Positions 1 through 12,974 of a stretch of 64,000 nucleotides of DNA are shown here, one piece after another. A program made the position numbers and the translations under genes. Location: contig NC_043003.1 in the NCBI RefSeq assembly GCF_006345805.1, positions 59,458,001-59,522,000 on the forward strand, written 5' to 3'. Under the pieces are notes generated by a model. That model did no database searches. It saw only the letters and a program-made list of their open reading frames with translations, and had not been told where the DNA came from. Positions within the stretch are counted from its first letter, which is position 1. Each line of letters starts with the position of its first letter. Source of the DNA: Octopus sinensis. Lineage: Eukaryota.

Positions 1-1039
1 TTTTTTTGTTTCATTTCAATTTCTTCCTCAGGTATGTTTGTTGTGAACATGAAGATGTAATAATCTGTCTTCGAAACAATTGTGTCTCCGTATCAATTAC
101 AATTTGAGGCCAATTTTCTGCAATTACGCTGTTCGTGTTATGCAGAAATGTATGAGCATCAAAGAATCTCTTTCGCTACTCAATAAATAATCCAAAAATA
201 TATTGTGAATCGTTTTTTTTTTTGTTTTATTTCGAATGAAAATATTGAAAAGAGTTTATCCTACACTGTTGTACAGATTATATCTATAAAGTTTATACCA
301 TGCTGTATTATAGTGTAAATCTTAAACGTTTATGCCTCTTGCGATACCTGATATCTTTAGTGCATTTAGTGTCACGGATATATACATAAAAACATTCTTT
401 GCATATAGAATAACTTCATAGACAGAAAATGAAGAATCTTCCAAAATAAGTTCTACTACTCATAGAAGTCTCTTAGTATCCTGTTTAGGTACATCTTAAC
501 AGGAACTTCTTTCGTATTCTCCATAACACAGTGTGGCTTTGGAACAAACGAGTTATCACCATACAGCGTGAGATTTCTCATGAATAGTTTTCTGTTACGC
601 TTCCAACATCTTCAAATAGCAATTAAAGCACTCTCAAATTATACACAGCTGAAGAACATGCTAACATATATATATTCTTTCGACTAATAAATCGAAAATG
701 ATCACGACGGGAACGCTCTTGCCCTTAGTTTTACCTTGTCTGGATTTAAACAATAAAGTTTCACGTATTTAAGAAATAGGACGTGCGACAAGATCCAGTT
801 ATTTTGGAATACATTCTGACTAATAAGTGCAAGAGAAGCAGTTAGGGGACCATTCTGATAACAACTCATTCAATAGATTGTCCATCCATTATACTAAACT
901 CTTAAATTTCTTCGTGTGCATGTGTATGCTTGTATGTGAATGTATGTACGTATGTATGTATCCCTGCATGTATGTCTGTATGTATGTATATATGGATATA
1001 TGAAACTATATAAATATATGTATGGACAGTTACATATAG

Positions 1040-1070
<31 letters not shown>

Positions 1071-1072
<2 letters not shown>

Positions 1073-1575
1073 AATTAAGGACTGAACGCGAAAAGTGGAC
1101 AGTCAACATGCTAGATATAGACGTCAAATCGCCATCTCCACAAAGATTATGTTCTCAAATCAAACTCAGCACAAAATATGTTCTCTAACCGATAAATTGA
1201 CTGCTGCTAATTATTAGCTGCAGGCTGGTTTTTACGGGTCTCAACGTGCCAAAGTAAAGGCATTTGAAAGATACATTCGAATGTAATAGGTTGAAATCCA
1301 TGCACGCGATACTCCGGTATCGTTTTTGCATTTAGTCCAGCAAATTGCATTCATAACGGACCATGCTGATGAATGTTACAGTTATCCTTGCGGATAATAA
1401 TAACCGAAACTGATCAGTACATGGGTAATTATTTTATTTCGTATATTTTCACTTGTTTATTGCTTTGGTTTTGTGCTGAGTTTGATTTGAGAACATAATC
1501 TTTGTGGAGAATGGCGATTTGACGTCTATATCTAGCATGTTGACTGTCCACTTTTCGTGTTCAGTCCTTAATTGG
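1071..1575 (+). mobile_element. ~505 bp element with ~105 bp terminal inverted repeats and an internal hammerhead ribozyme, inserted at (TA)n (Penelope-derived/retrozyme-like or MITE-like)
   Basis: 1071-1176 (ccaattaaggactgaacgcgaaaagtggacagtcaacatgctagatatagacgtcaaatcgcc...) is the near-perfect reverse complement of 1469-1575; flanked by tata on both sides; hammerhead at 1361-1424. Confidence 0.85.
1361..1424 (+). ncRNA. Type I hammerhead ribozyme, intact core
   Basis: Stem I CCATG/CATGG; core CTGATGA(+A); stem II tgtta-ca-gttatcc(ttgc)ggataat-aa-taacc; GAAA; palindromic stem III ACTGATCAGT; cleavage triplet GTA. Confidence 0.85.
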
Positions 1576-1722
1576 TATATATAAATATTTTAATCTTCGG
1601 ATTCTTTTTTAATATGCTAGACCACTGGTTTTAATTGATTAATATCAATTTCTACCCTTAATTAATTTTATATAAATATTGATCTATATATATATATGTA
1701 TATATGTGTGTGTGTATAAATA

Positions 1723-1806
<84 letters not shown>

Positions 1807-1807
1807 G

Positions 1808-2146
1808 AAGGCGCATAGCTCAGTGGTTAGGGCGTAGAGCTTACCATCATGAGGTTGTGAATTCGATTCCCGGACCGGGCTGTGTGTTGTGTTCTTGAAC
1901 AAGACACTTTATTTCATGTTGCTCCAGTTAACTCATCTGTAGAAATGAGTTGCGACGTCACAGGTGTCAAGCTGTATCGGCCTTTGCCTTTCCTTTGGCT
2001 AACATCAGTGTTGTGGAGAGGGGGGGGGCTGGTATACATGGGCGACTGCTGGCCTTCCACAAACAACCTTACCTGGACCTGTGCCTCGGATGGTGACTTT
2101 CTGGGTGCAATCTCATGGTTATTCATGACCGAAGGGGGTCTCCTCC
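1808..2146 (+). mobile_element. tRNA-derived SINE (family C)
   Basis: A-box-like ggcgcatagctcagtggttag and B-box-like gaattcgattccc head, body ttgaacaagacactttatttc..., ends at (TA)n. Confidence 0.75.
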
Positions 2147-2209
<63 letters not shown>

Positions 2210-2265
2210 GTGTGTGTGTGTTGTGTGTGTGTGTGTGTGTATGTGTGTATGTATGTATATATATA

Positions 2266-2395
2266 GGGAGAGTTTACGAAAAAAACAAAAGACGAAGACA
2301 GGTGGTATACTAAACAAACAAATGTTTTAGTATAACGCTCAGAAATAGAAAAAGTATTTTACGTTTAGAGCCGACGCTCTTCTACAAAGAGGGAC
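2266..2395 (-). mobile_element. Short hammerhead-bearing repeat (family HA) with degenerate ribozyme core
   Basis: Minus strand tttgtagaa-gagc-gtcg-gctc-taaac-gta-aaa (2357-2388) followed by tttctgagcg...ctccc(TA)n; the same 3' end recurs at 43816-43866. Confidence 0.6.
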
Positions 2396-2419
2396 ATATA
2401 TATATATATAATATATATA

Positions 2420-2484
<65 letters not shown>

Positions 2485-2486
2485 TT

Positions 2487-2522
<36 letters not shown>

Positions 2523-2529
<7 letters not shown>

Positions 2530-2606
2530 CCAAACATGAAAACACAAAGAGAAAACACAAAAACGCGAGGACGTGGAACAAATATAGTATTATTGGACGC
2601 TCAGGA
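2523..2606 (-). mobile_element. 3' half of hammerhead-bearing repeat family HB
   Basis: Reverse complement matches 34675-34757 (cctgagcgtccaataa...gttccacgtcctcgcg...catgtttgga), ending in (TA)n. Confidence 0.75.
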
Positions 2607-2877
2607 ATATATATCCATGTAGACAAATACACATACGAGGTACCTAGGAGAATTTCGACTTCTATACCTTCACCTTTGATAACTGTGAGTGAAATAGGTG
2701 TGCGGAGAAATAGTGTTGTAGACGCGCTTGGTTATACACAACAATTCATCAAATATCAGTAGATTAATGAGAGCATTTATGTGTGTGCAAGTGTGTGGAA
2801 GTGTGTTTGTGTTTGTGCCTATTTACACCATTCGGAAATCCTATCATACGTTTAATGAATTAAGGTGTCTGTTACAG

Positions 2878-3165
2878 ATGCTGAGTGGTTAGAGCAGCTG
2901 ACTCATGGTTGAGGGATCTCGAGTTCGAATCTCAAACCGGGCGATATGTATGTTTATGAGCGAAACACTTACGTTCCACGCCTCTCCGGCAGAAGGTAAT
3001 GGCGAACTTCTACTGACTCTTTCGCCACAACTTTCTCTCAATCTTTCCTCCTGCATCTTGCAGCTCACTTGCGATGGACCGGCTTCCTGTCCAGGTGGGG
3101 AACCTATACGCCAAGGAAACTGGGAAACTGGCCCTTATGAGTCAGGTGTGGCTCGGGAAGGAACA
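2878..3165 (+). mobile_element. tRNA-derived SINE (family D-related)
   Basis: ctgagtggttagagc...gagttcgaatctc head; tgagcgaaacac segment shared with the SINE at 57651-57955; gatggaccggcttcctgtccagg tail. Confidence 0.65.
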
Positions 3166-4309
3166 CACAATACAGATGCTGAAAATGAAATAAATTTTGA
3201 AGTAAATTTTGGAATCATTATGATCAACCAAAAAACAGTGCTTCAACAGGCTGTAGTCCTGTGACTGATGTAAATATAAAAATATATGAATCGCTATCTG
3301 TTTTTGTGTAACTGTGCGTAATTGTGTGTGTATGTATGTGTGAGTGAGTGTATATCTCACTAAATTATGCATCAAATATCTATTCTGGTTGAATTAAATA
3401 TAAAGACTAGCTGTAAACGAACGTTCTATGCATCAACAGCGCTTTATCACTATTCATATGTTTATATGTGAAGAGCTATGACAGATGTATTGCGATATTT
3501 ACAGCACAGAAAAAGGAGATCAAAAGTCAGGTGCTGAGATAACTATGAGGACATACGTACAGAAGTAAGAGGCAATAAAACGTAAACGAAAATGACAGCT
3601 TAATACCAATGACAACCATATTTAAACTTATATAGTATTATGATGTCACATGTAGATTGGTGATAGAGCATTATGATATACTAAGAAAATCTCTTGGCAT
3701 GATCATCTGTCAAAGCCAGGGACTCAACTTTCTAGTTCTTAGTACTTAACCACCGTTGGTACCTAACAATATATGTTTTGATGCGATATTCCCAAAATTC
3801 ATTTTTCGTTTATTACATTTCATACAATCAACAGAATACCTAGGTACATATATCTCAATAGTAAATAGAAACCCTACTATTTTCGAGATGTCATTTGATG
3901 CATTCTGAAACTTAATAATAATTACATAATACATCAAATATCTTTTCGCATCGGATTAAATATACAGGCTCGCTGTATATACCGCTTTATGTTTATATGT
4001 GAAAAGCTCTGACAGATGACTTGCGATGTTTACAGCGTTTAAAAAAGTGACCAAATGTCAAGTGCTGAAATGACTATAAGGACACATGTACAGAAGTAAG
4101 AGGTAGTAGAAAGTAAACAAAAATGTTTAGTGGACAAGGTATTTCTGCTATTCTTTTACACATTTCAGCCCTAAAGCTATGGCCACGCTGGAGCACCGCC
4201 AGTAGAAACGTTTTTAATTATTTAATCCAATGGGGCATTATATCATGAAGAACTCCATTGTAATTTTAATGTATTTGAAACAATTAGGAATAATTAAAAT
4301 TAGAAACAA

Positions 4310-4310
<1 letters not shown>

Positions 4311-4341
<31 letters not shown>

Positions 4342-4497
4342 CTTCTTCTTCTTCTTCTTCTCCTTCTTCTTCTCCTCCTCCTCCCCCATCCTCCTCCTCC
4401 CCCTCCTCCTCCTCCTGCTTCTTTTCTTCTTCTTCTTCTTCTTCTTCTTCTTCTTCTCTTCTTCTTCTTCTTATTATTATTATTATCATTATTACTT
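4311..4497. repeat. Compound (TTC)n/(TCC)n/(TTA)n microsatellite
   Basis: Direct reading; source of the spurious poly-S/E/R ORFs. Confidence 0.95.
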
Positions 4498-4502
4498 TTT
4501 AA

Positions 4503-4695
4503 GGAGGCGAACTGGCACAATTATTGGCGGTATTTCGCCCGTCGTTACATTCGGAGTTCAAATTCCGGCGAGGTCGACTTCAACTTTTATCATCTAGGAG
4601 TCGATCAAATAAGTACAAGTTGAACACAGAGGTTGAGGTAATCGACTCATCCTCTCCGCCAAAATTGCTGCCCTTGTGGCACAATTTGAAACCGT
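4503..4695 (+). mobile_element. SINE family A, shortened copy
   Basis: ggcgaactggca...cggtatttcg...ggagttcaaattccggcgaggtcgact...aataagtac core. Confidence 0.75.
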
Positions 4696-4728
4696 TGTCA
4701 TTATTATTATTATTATTATTATTATATT

Positions 4729-4761
<33 letters not shown>

Positions 4762-5664
4762 ATCATTATTATTATTATTTGTTGTTGTTGTTTATAGTGC
4801 CGTCCTTGTTGGTCTCAGGAGTTTCCATTTTCATTTCCAGTTACTTATCAATCACGCTGTCACATCATGCTTAATTAGAAAAAAAAAAAATCTTTATTAT
4901 AATTATTATCGCCACAATAACTTGTTGGCAGTTAATGATATAATGAGCAATTACCTCACATAGTTACAGGTTATCTTAATCTGCATTGCTATTTCACAAG
5001 AACTATCAGTTAATACAGCATTTAATTTGCGAGTTCTCCTCTTACACAACACAAGTAGAACGAATAAATATCTGCAGGAGCTGAATACCCGCACCGTTCT
5101 ATTGGCAAATGTGATAGTGTATTAGCAACTCGCCAACACCTCCAGTGTTGCTGAGTTGATACCGCTACGACACAACCGATCCTGCATTTTTTTGAATCAT
5201 TTGAAATTTGACACCTTCAAAGTCATACAAGGTAGAGAAACATGTCATTATATCGACGCCTCGATAACTTTAGAGACTCGACTCCCTTCACTCCAGAAAT
5301 AAGTGCCTGCAGCTATGGCAACATGATTCCCCTATAATTGACACCCCTATGGCTATAACATATACTTACCCCTATAATTAGAGCAACCTGATGCCCCTAT
5401 GAGTTCAAAAAACACCAGTCATCTCAATATGTGGGTTGGTAAAGTTTAACGCTGCTTAAATATTCCGGCTGTAACGCATGTGATTTGGTTCGTAAAGAAA
5501 TAGTTCAAATAGAACATTTCTCATTAGAAGCAGCAGCAACACCAGCAGCAGCAGCAGCAGTTTTAGTAATTAATATAGAAGGAAGCAAAATAAATATCTT
5601 CATTATTTAAAATCAGATTTTAATTTAAAACATTCTCCTGTCGATGTAAGCGAAGGTAATATGG

Positions 5665-5875
5665 ATTTCAAATTTTGGCACAAGGCCAGCAATTTTAAGA
5701 GAGTGGGTAAGTCGATTATATCGATTCCAGTTCTCATCTGGTACTTTTCACATCGACCCCGATGGGATGGAAGGCAAAGTCTACCTCGACAGAATTTGAA
5801 CTCACAACGTAAAGACGGACGACATTCCACTGAGCATTTTGCCCAGCATGCTTACATTTCTACCTGCTCGATGAT
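5665..5875 (-). mobile_element. SINE family A
   Basis: Reverse complement of family A core (tcgacccc..ggatggaaggcaaagtctacctcgacagaatttgaactc). Confidence 0.75.
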
Positions 5876-6536
5876 TTAACAAAAGTAATATTCAATAATC
5901 AATGACAAGATGAAAACACAGCTTAACTCGATTATAATGGTATACTGTTACCTTAAAATTCAGAGATTCATTGATTTAGTTTTGGATACACAAATAGTTG
6001 TTGGTATGCAAAACGCTAGATGGTCAGATTTGGAGTTTATCAACAAAAAGAATAAAAATAAAAATAAAGAGAACATTGACTTTACAATAAATTCAAAATA
6101 TTTCGTTTCCTCATTTGGTTTTCAAGATTCTTCATGTGAACACCTGTGTTGAAACATTTTTTTTTTGCATGTCGGGAACGTCATTGTGCCGCTAATAAAC
6201 ACGCATTGGAATTTAAAACATTTATAAAAAATATTAATTATAGATTAATAATACTTTTTTTTACATATGCGATTTTACTATAGATTTACATACTTTAGAA
6301 ATTGGTTGCAGTCGTTTTTCTAGCTCATTTACAGAAGATCTATTCTCTTTACAGAGATATATTCCAATGCTATACTCAGACCGATAATTACTATTTCTTT
6401 TCATTCTAAAATTCTTTTCTCTTGTTTCTGTATAATTCTTTTACATCAGTCTCTGTACTTGAATTATTTTATTGAATTGTGACGAAATATTATACTTACA
6501 TTTTTTCCTTTGTTTTTCTGTTTTTACTCTAAAGGA

Positions 6537-6870
6537 TCAGGCATAACTGTGTAGTTAATAACCTCCCTTAGCAATCATGCGTTTTTTGATTGAGACCCAC
6601 TTGGGGACATTTCTTCTATTATATCATCAGTCCGACCAATGCTTTGTGAGTAAATGAGGTTGACTGAAACTGTGGAAGCCCATCGTGTGCATCTGTATCT
6701 TTCTATTTCTGCTGGCTTCCAACCGCTTAACATCGGTGTTGGTTTGTTTACGACTCCGTAACTCGGGTATTCGGCAAGAGACACCGAGAGAATAAGTACC
6801 AAATTAGAATTTAGGTTCTAGGTGCGATTTTTTTCGACTAAACGCTTCGTAGTGGAGACATCACATGGGC
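6537..6870 (+). mobile_element. SINE family B, diverged
   Basis: Aligns by eye to 33741-34128 (ttgactgaaactgtggaagcccatcgt...ccgtaactcgggtattcggcaagagacaccgagagaataagtac). Confidence 0.65.
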
Positions 6871-8779
6871 GCAGTCCATCTTACGTATAATTGTTACTGT
6901 TATTGTTGTAATTGCTTACTCAAGTCATTCTCACCGTGACTATACCGTCGTTTCAAGGATAGCTTAGGAATACATTATCAAACGTGTCCTTCCCGAGTTA
7001 TGACCGAAGAATTTAATCTGAGAGAAATTTGGTTGCTATTTCCAGTAGATTGTTTCAATGCAGTGTATTTTCCATATATTTAGCTATTTAATTACTAGAG
7101 AAAGAAATTTTCTCACTGTTCTCGGTACATAACCTATTCACTGGGGAAATATATTTCCATGTTGAGAATGAATTTAACGTAATTTGTTCCGCGAGTTAGC
7201 TGTATCGAAATATGAATATTTATTAGCAATTTCTGATTATTTACACAAATATTTCATGTAAACATTTATGTAAATATTTTAGAATTTACGACTGTTGCAC
7301 TATATTTTCCAAGTTTTGTTTTGTTTGCCTACGGTGTCTGAGTGCGTGTAAATAGAATGTATTGATTGTTTTGGTGTTATAATTTCCATTGTATTTATGA
7401 GTTCTCTATTCAGTAGAGAAACTTCCCCTTATTAAGCCGTTTCATATATACATTTTTGTGTAGTTGTTCCGTTACCAAGCGTTTAGGTAAGCTTCCAATG
7501 TTTTCTCTATAACATTATAACATTTTCCAGTGGACTTAATTTGCCCAATACAGTAGGAAACAAAAATGTATATTTCGCCTCCTTGTCACCGGTGTTTACA
7601 TAAATTCGACAAATTCTCAGTTGCTTTGAACGAATTAATTCCAGTAACATAACTTATTTGAAATATGAATATTTTGTAGCTCCGCGTAACAGCCTCAGAA
7701 TTTAGTAAGCTCCGCCGAAAATTTTGTCAGAAAAATCCCATTCTTTTCTGCTCTACTAGATTGGCTGCTGTTTATCAGTTGAACGCTTAAAACTTTGCAG
7801 AATTTCGATGGTTCAAAGTTTTGTAAAGAAAAATTGATTTTTAGAAGAGGAAAATAAATATTAACATATATTATATATAACTCTTTGTAGACTGTTATTG
7901 ATATTAATGAATTTAGGATATTTCAATCTACAATCAAAATACTTCATATATTCGGTACATTCAGGTTACATCGATGATAGTTGCCACGGTGTAGATATTA
8001 GACTGGGATGAGCCTAAATTGAAAAATCTTATGACGGACCAATACATCTTGTTTTTGAATAAACTGTATCGAATAAACTTCATTACTGTATTTAAATCAA
8101 ACTGTATCTAAATAAACTTCATTATCAAATGCACTGCTTTCTAAAATCAGTTGGGTGTCCTTTGAGGGATTTAGGCTAAAATTTCTAACAAGTTCCCGCG
8201 CGAGCTCTCCAGAAAATCGTTGATATAACATTTATATGTTGATTTTATAATCTTAAAAGATCTTGTCCTTCACCGAATTCCATTCAAAGAATGTTGGGTA
8301 AGATTTCTGATTAATATTACCATACTGAACATAAATATAAATCGTTGTATGGCTCATTTTCAAATTCATGTGGAAGTAAGATTTGAAAAGGAATTCCTTA
8401 CCAACGACTCTCAGGTATGGTAATCTTGTTGAAATGTTACTCTAATGAAAATAGAGGGGCACATTTGATACTATTTTAAACAAGCGAAGTCGAAGAGAAG
8501 ACAAGAGATGTGCCCGAGAGGGTTTAAACAGAAAGCACGTCCAACAGCAAATAAAAGCTACATAATCTGGTTTTCTATATTTCCCAAGCATTTAAAATTA
8601 ATTTAGTTTAAGCCACACTAAACTCGTTACCATTTATTATATTATGCATATAGTTTTCTTTAGGAAACTTTTCTAAAGTTATTCTCCTAACTTATATGTA
8701 TAAGTCAACTATATACAGCTTACAGATTCATGACGCTTGTACTTAGAAACGTCTCAAAGTAAGTTGTTATAAAGTATGT

Positions 8780-8995
8780 GGTTTCAATTTTTGGTGCAAG
8801 GCCAGAAATTTCTGAGAGGATGTAAGTCGATTACATCGACTTCAGTACATAAATTGAACTTATTTCATCGAGCTCGAAAGGCTGGAAACGGAAGGTTAAC
8901 CACGACGAAATTTGAACTCCGAACCTTAAGACGGACGAAATACCGCTAATCATCTTGCCCTAAGCAAAACGTTTGTACCAGCTTACTGCATCAGT
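8780..8995 (-). mobile_element. SINE family A
   Basis: tggtgcaaggccagaaatt...gtcgattacatcgac...gaaatttgaactc...ggacgaaataccgctaa. Confidence 0.7.
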
Positions 8996-9049
8996 TGATA
9001 CAATTTATAGTATCTAATGTAATCTTTTTATTTGCAGAGAATTAAGATG

Positions 9050-9260
9050 TCAAGCTAGTAGAATCGTTAGCAAGCTGGGCAAAATGCTTTGTGGCATTTC
9101 GCCCCTCGTTACGTCCAGAGTTCAAATTGTGCAAAGGTCGACTTTGCTTTTCATCCTTTCGGAGTAGATAAAATAAGTACTAGTTGTACACAAGGGTCGA
9201 TGTAATCGGCTATCCCCTAACCCAAAGTTTCGGGCCTTATGCCTATAGTAGAAAAGGATT
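9050..9260 (+). mobile_element. SINE family A
   Basis: agctagtagaatcgttagc...aaatgctt...gagttcaaattgtgcaaaggtcgactttgcttttcatcctttcgg...cgggccttatgcctatagtagaaaagg. Confidence 0.75.
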
Positions 9261-10816
9261 ATATTTATAGATGTTTAATGAGTAATATGCTTTCAACTCA
9301 TTAACAAGCTAGTTATGTTGATAGTGTGTTAATAAATGAGAAAGAAAACAATTAGTAGAATAAACAAAGTAGTGAAACGTACATGGTAAAAAAATATTTT
9401 TCGTCCAGTTTTACATTTTTCTTGTTATTGTTTTTCGATCCCCTAATTTATTTTTCTAATAATAAAACTATCTAGCTGGCTACTTACCTGTTTCTTTTCT
9501 ATTTGACACTCTACCTTCTTTTGCGACATCTTTTTATACAAATATCTTTGTAATACTTTAGAAAATATTCACGAATGAAAAATATAAAAAACATAAAATA
9601 TATGAAAAAAAAAAAAAGAAACCTCTTTAATCTCGAACTCCCCGATATCAATATGGTTGAAAATTCAGCGAGGGATACATCTGATTTCAAAATGTCAAAC
9701 AACACTGTATTTAAACAAATTAAGTGTATGTGTGATGGTGAGTTTTGGTGGAATTAATATTTCCACTCCATTCCACATATACAGATACACGCGCATGTAT
9801 ACACGAAAATTACCTTCCTACATACACGCACGTATATAGTCACACTGACAAACAACAGTATAGAAATATTATATGTATATATATATATATATATCTGTCT
9901 GTGTGTGTATAATATAATATGTATATATATATATATATATACATATATTATATTACACACACACACATATATATACATATAAGCACACTCACAATACATA
10001 ACAATACATAGTACACATACACTTTATGTGTGTATGCATTTCTCTAGCCTGCCTCTCTATCTTCATAGCTATTTATATACATAATGTAATGGCGTACTTG
10101 AATTTTAATATACTTTCTAAGCAAGTTATTACTACTATCATGCAAACATCTTTCATTGCAAACTTATATCATAGTTACTGTCTCATTCTAGAGACACCAC
10201 ACTGTCAACGCTGGGAAACTAAGCATCCCCTCTTTTGGCCGGATATTCTTTTGCACCCCCAGCTACTACTCATACTTCAAAAGTTCCACATTTCGATTTA
10301 CTATGGGACTGCTCTCCCATCTAGGGAGGTGCCATCATTTCCGTGCTAATATTCTTAGCCAGAGTCCAAAAGATTCCTGTCTGCCTCATAAGGGACCTCA
10401 CTCTGTGAAAGTAATTCGAAAGGGGCTGTAAATGCTCTTCCTTTGTCTTTATATCTTCTGTTTCATAAGAGATTCGGTATCCCACTAGCTTCTAATAGAA
10501 TTCACCCAAAAGAAACGCTTTTCAAGCTAAGCTCTTTTATCCAAACATTTTCATTTTTATAATCAGAAAAGAGTTAGCGATTAGCTTTCTCCATACGGAA
10601 CCACATAGGGATAATACAAGCCCATAGCCGTGAGCTCCATACCATAAACACTGCATGTTTGAAAATGAAATTATTATCAAAAACATGTTTCTGTGAACTT
10701 TCTGTCTTTGGGTCTTTATAAAAATTATTCACATGAATGTTTATAATTCAATGTATATAAGCACACACACACACACATGCGTGAACACAAACACACACAC
10801 ACTCACTCATTCACAC

Positions 10817-10866
<50 letters not shown>

Positions 10867-10949
10867 ACACATATATAATGCAAATACATATATATATTTG
10901 CATACACACATGTATATATGTTTGTATATTTTTTGCCACCCTATATTGA

Positions 10950-10988
<39 letters not shown>

Positions 10989-11924
10989 TAGATAGATATA
11001 GATATATATATATATACACACACATTCACACACATGTATACTGGATTACATCCGAATATATATGAATTATATATGTGTTCGCATATGTACTTATACATGT
11101 GTATGTACCTATTTCTGTGTGCGTTATGTAAAAATCCGGTCTCGTTTCAAGTTTAGTAACCGGCGTTACGTCAAACATCCTTGCTATCCGTCCCGGCATA
11201 TATACATTGATAAGATTACATGACTGAAGTAGGTTCTCTTGAGGTTGCAAGCATATACAATATATAGATACATACCCATCAATCACATCTGCATACACGC
11301 TCATTACTCATTACATACATAAACACACACAGTCACACATATACAGAAAAACACACGCACACAGAAACATATACACAAACACATACTTATGACAATATGT
11401 TAAAACGAATAGGGCATAGTGGCCAGTGTCCTCAATTTGGATAACAAATACAAATATATACTGAATCTACTAAATACTGTTCAAGGTATACCCTGTGTTG
11501 AACTTATCCTTGCTTCGGATGGAAATTAATCTCCTAGCGACAGTTGCAATCAGCTCTGAATAACGATTGGAAATGGTCTCACGCAATCAAGATAGTGTTA
11601 AATTTAGCCTTATACAGAGAATGCGATAGCACCAAATTTATCATTTAATCTTTATGTGGAGCATACCCGTGTTTATGTTTCTATGGTCGTTGTTTTAAGA
11701 TATTACGGCCGTTATCAGTAAGGAGTTTAAGCAAAATATGATGAAACAAAACAAAATGTATCATAAAAGAAAAATAGGTCAATAACTATAATAATAGTTG
11801 AATTACTGTTATGTTGGGTGCTTACATTTCTATTAAAACAGAAATTCGCAGACTTCTGAATTTATATTGTATGGTGTTAGTATATCATTTTATTACACAG
11901 TGAGTTATATACATTCATATGAAT

Positions 11925-12316
11925 GCGGCGAGCTGGCAGAAACGTTAACACGCCGTGCGAAATGCTTAGCGGTATTTCGTCTGCTGCTACGCTCTGAGTT
12001 CAAATTCCGCCGAGGTCGACTTTGCCTTTCATTCTTTCGGGGTCGATTAAATAAGTACCAATTACGCACTGGGGTCGATATAATCGACTTAATCCGTTTG
12101 TCTGTCTTTGTTTGTCCTCTCTGTGTTTAGCCCCTTGTGGGTAGTAAAGAAATAGATATTTCGTCTGTCTTTACGTTCTGAGTTCAAATCCACTGAGGTC
12201 CACTTTGCCTTTGATCCTTTCGGTCTCGATAAAACAAGTACCAGTTGCGCACTGAGTCGATCTAATCGACTGGTTCCCTAACCAAATCTTTCGGGCCTTA
12301 CACCTAGAGTAGAAAA
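11925..12316 (+). mobile_element. SINE family A, full-length dimeric form
   Basis: Head ggcgagctggcagaaacgtt; two tandem copies of tatttcgtctg..ctgagttcaaat..actttgccttt..aagtacca..gtcgat with different tails. Confidence 0.85.
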
Positions 12317-12974
12317 ATATATACATGCATGTACTATCTTGGCTATTTTTTGTTATACATGCCTATACACTCCCCACACACATACATACATACACATAAA
12401 CGTCATCATATATGCATGCGTCTTATATATGTATATATGTATATACATGCTTACACTGTCACATACATACTTACCTCAACACCCGTACTTCTATATTTCA
12501 TCGAGATATATTGGGTAAAACTTTTCATACAAAGCCTCCTGCGATGTTTGAAACGATACCAGAACTCATTATCCACAACTTTCCTAAAAATTCTATTCTT
12601 AATCAACTTGTTTAATTAAACTTTCAGTGTCATTGTCTTTGTCTACATTAATGAGACCATTAACCTAATTAGTGTTTCTTCTTGCAACAAATTTACTTTT
12701 AATCATGTTTACTCTTTCAGCTTACTCTGTTGTATATACTGATCTTAAGACATGATGTTCATGCAGAAGTATTTTCATAAATTTCGGCGATAATATGTTC
12801 ACATTATTTATAAGATCAATAGGATAATTCTGATCAATAATAATTTTTCTCAAGCTATCGGTTTCTTATCACATAAATAACCAAATGCAAAACTATTCGT
12901 TAGTGTAATGAGAGATATTCAAAGTGTGTACAATTAGCGAATTTCCTTTAAAGTATATACATTTACATTCACTT

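Noticed and set aside
5330-5402. Four CCCCTAT motifs at ~20 bp spacing
   Set aside because: Spacers short and irregular; not a CRISPR-like array and no function supportable
11215-11265. Hammerhead-like ctgaagtagg..gaggttgcaagc
   Set aside because: Core too degenerate (no GAAA, no stem I); not counted
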